DNA of 64,000 nt from Saccharofermentanales bacterium. GTDB taxonomy: Bacteria; Bacillota; Clostridia; Saccharofermentanales; DTU023. The stretch covers positions 102,905 to 166,904 of the forward strand of contig JBMNJV010000001.1 of assembly GCA_050951845.1 (NCBI GenBank). Direction: 5' to 3'. A program made the position numbers and the translations under genes. Of this stretch, positions 63,117 through 64,000 are shown piece by piece; within the stretch, counting starts at the first letter, position 1; each line of letters begins with the position of its first letter. The notes below the pieces were generated by a model. It did no database searches, was not told where the DNA came from, and saw only the letters and a program-made list of their open reading frames with translations.

Positions 63117-64000
63117 ATGAAAGTAGGAGCAGTGATTACGGCAGCCGGAATGTCATCCAGAATGGGCAAATTCAAGCCCATGCTCAGCATCGGTTCTATA
63201 TCCGTGGCGCAGCGTATCATTGCAACTCTGCAGCAGTCCGGTGTCTCGCCGATAGTAGTCGTCACCGGCTATAATGCTGACGAACTTGAAAGACATCTTG
63301 CCAAAAGCGGCGTCATCTTCCTTCGCAACGAAAATTATAAAAACACGGAAATGTTCGATTCGGCTTGTATCGGTTTAAGTTATCTGCGCAAAAAATGCAA
63401 CCGTGTTTTATTTACTCCGGTGGACATACCGCTTTTCAGGGCAGACACCGTAGAAGAACTCCTGAAAAAGCATAGTGATGTAGTATATCCCGTCTGTGCC
63501 GGTCTTAAAGGTCATCCCATACTCCTCTCCTCAAAAGCAATCGAGCTCATACTGGATTACAGCGGTGAGGGCGGTCTCGCCGGAGCCCTTCAGAAACTTG
63601 ATATTTCTGAAGCATATGTTTGCATCGAAGACGAGGGCATACTCTACGATGCCGACACCCCCGAAGAATTCGATCAGCTTTTGGAATACCACAACAGCCA
63701 GCTGATGCGCCCTGTCATCAAGCTCTCCCTGGAAAAAGAGAGAAGGTTTTTTGACCAACATATTGCACTTTTACTGGAACTTATAGATGAGACACGGTCA
63801 GTCAAGACGGCCTGTCAGCGAATGCAGATCTCGTACAGCAAGGGCTGGAAGACTCTCAATTCGATAGAAGCTCAGGCCGGTTTTGCCTTGGTTTTACGTA
63901 GGCAAGGCGGAGCACGAGGTGGCAGCAGCAGCCTTACCCCGGAGGGCAGGCTGCTTTTGGAGCGCTATCGTAAATATGAAAAAGCCATGCGGGAAGCGTC
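63117..64000 (+). CDS. MocA-like NTP transferase / ModE-like HTH fusion (copy 2, 3' end beyond the window), carrying Y169C relative to copy 1
   Basis: Same frame and sequence as 37371-38254 except TAC->TGC at 63622. It has no stop before the window end, so it is missing from the ORF track. Confidence 0.8.
   Translation, partial: MKVGAVITAAGMSSRMGKFKPMLSIGSISVAQRIIATLQQSGVSPIVVVTGYNADELERHLAKSGVIFLRNENYKNTEMFDSACIGLSYLRKKCNRVLFTPVDIPLFRADTVEELLKKHSDVVYPVCAGLKGHPILLSSKAIELILDYSGEGGLAGALQKLDISEAYVCIEDEGILYDADTPEEFDQLLEYHNSQLMRPVIKLSLEKERRFFDQHIALLLELIDETRSVKTACQRMQISYSKGWKTLNSIEAQAGFALVLRRQGGARGGSSSLTPEGRLLLERYRKYEKAMREA

Larger units (their letters stand above)
47213..64000. repeat. Copy 2 of the large direct repeat (partner 21467-38254); truncated by the window end
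   Basis: See copy 1. Offset is +25,746 bp. Confidence 0.95.

Overview
64-kb low-GC, Clostridia-like (Firmicutes) chromosomal window. All family names come from reading the translations by eye; no searches were run. I recognised no rRNA, tRNA, CRISPR array, transposase, integrase or phage genes.

Gene order:
- partial peroxiredoxin
- LysR regulator, divergent from an 852-aa CoA-disulfide-reductase/rhodanese/sulfite-reductase-like fusion that is co-linear with a FecBCD-type ABC importer
- OFA-type MFS transporter
- DUF1349-like protein
- 2,860-aa wall-anchored adhesin
- secreted metallophosphoesterase fused through one TM helix to a flavin-reductase-like domain
- flavodoxin/ferredoxin protein
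- SixA-like phosphatase

The dominant structural feature is a block of at least 16.8 kb (21467-38254) that recurs essentially base-perfect at 47213-64000, an offset of 25,746 bp. The only difference I found is A37876 versus G63622. Copy 2 runs off the window end. The block carries two loci:
- (i) TauE/SafE exporter, anaerobic sulfatase-maturating radical-SAM enzyme, DeoR regulator, ascorbate-type PTS IIC/IIB and a signal-peptide-less Cys-type sulfatase.
- (ii) a minus-strand cluster of unknown physiological role built around a MOP-type (FAD-less) molybdenum aldehyde oxidoreductase. It contains an HdrD/GltD-like Fe-S protein, a Zn-ribbon protein, a SAM methyltransferase, a C_GCAxxG_C_C protein and a PaaK-like adenylating ligase. 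Divergent from it are an 85-aa ORF and a MocA-like NTP transferase fused to a ModE-like HTH. The mop leader holds about 12 phased 11-nt repeats.

Between the two copies lie a His-phosphatase/HD gene that collides tail-to-tail with a truncated deoC, and a rare-sugar operon (DUF4432, FGGY kinase, ketose 3-epimerase, ribose-type ABC transporter).

The best candidates for new biology are the MOP-centred cluster with its repeat-laden leader, and the near-identical segmental amplification that contains it.
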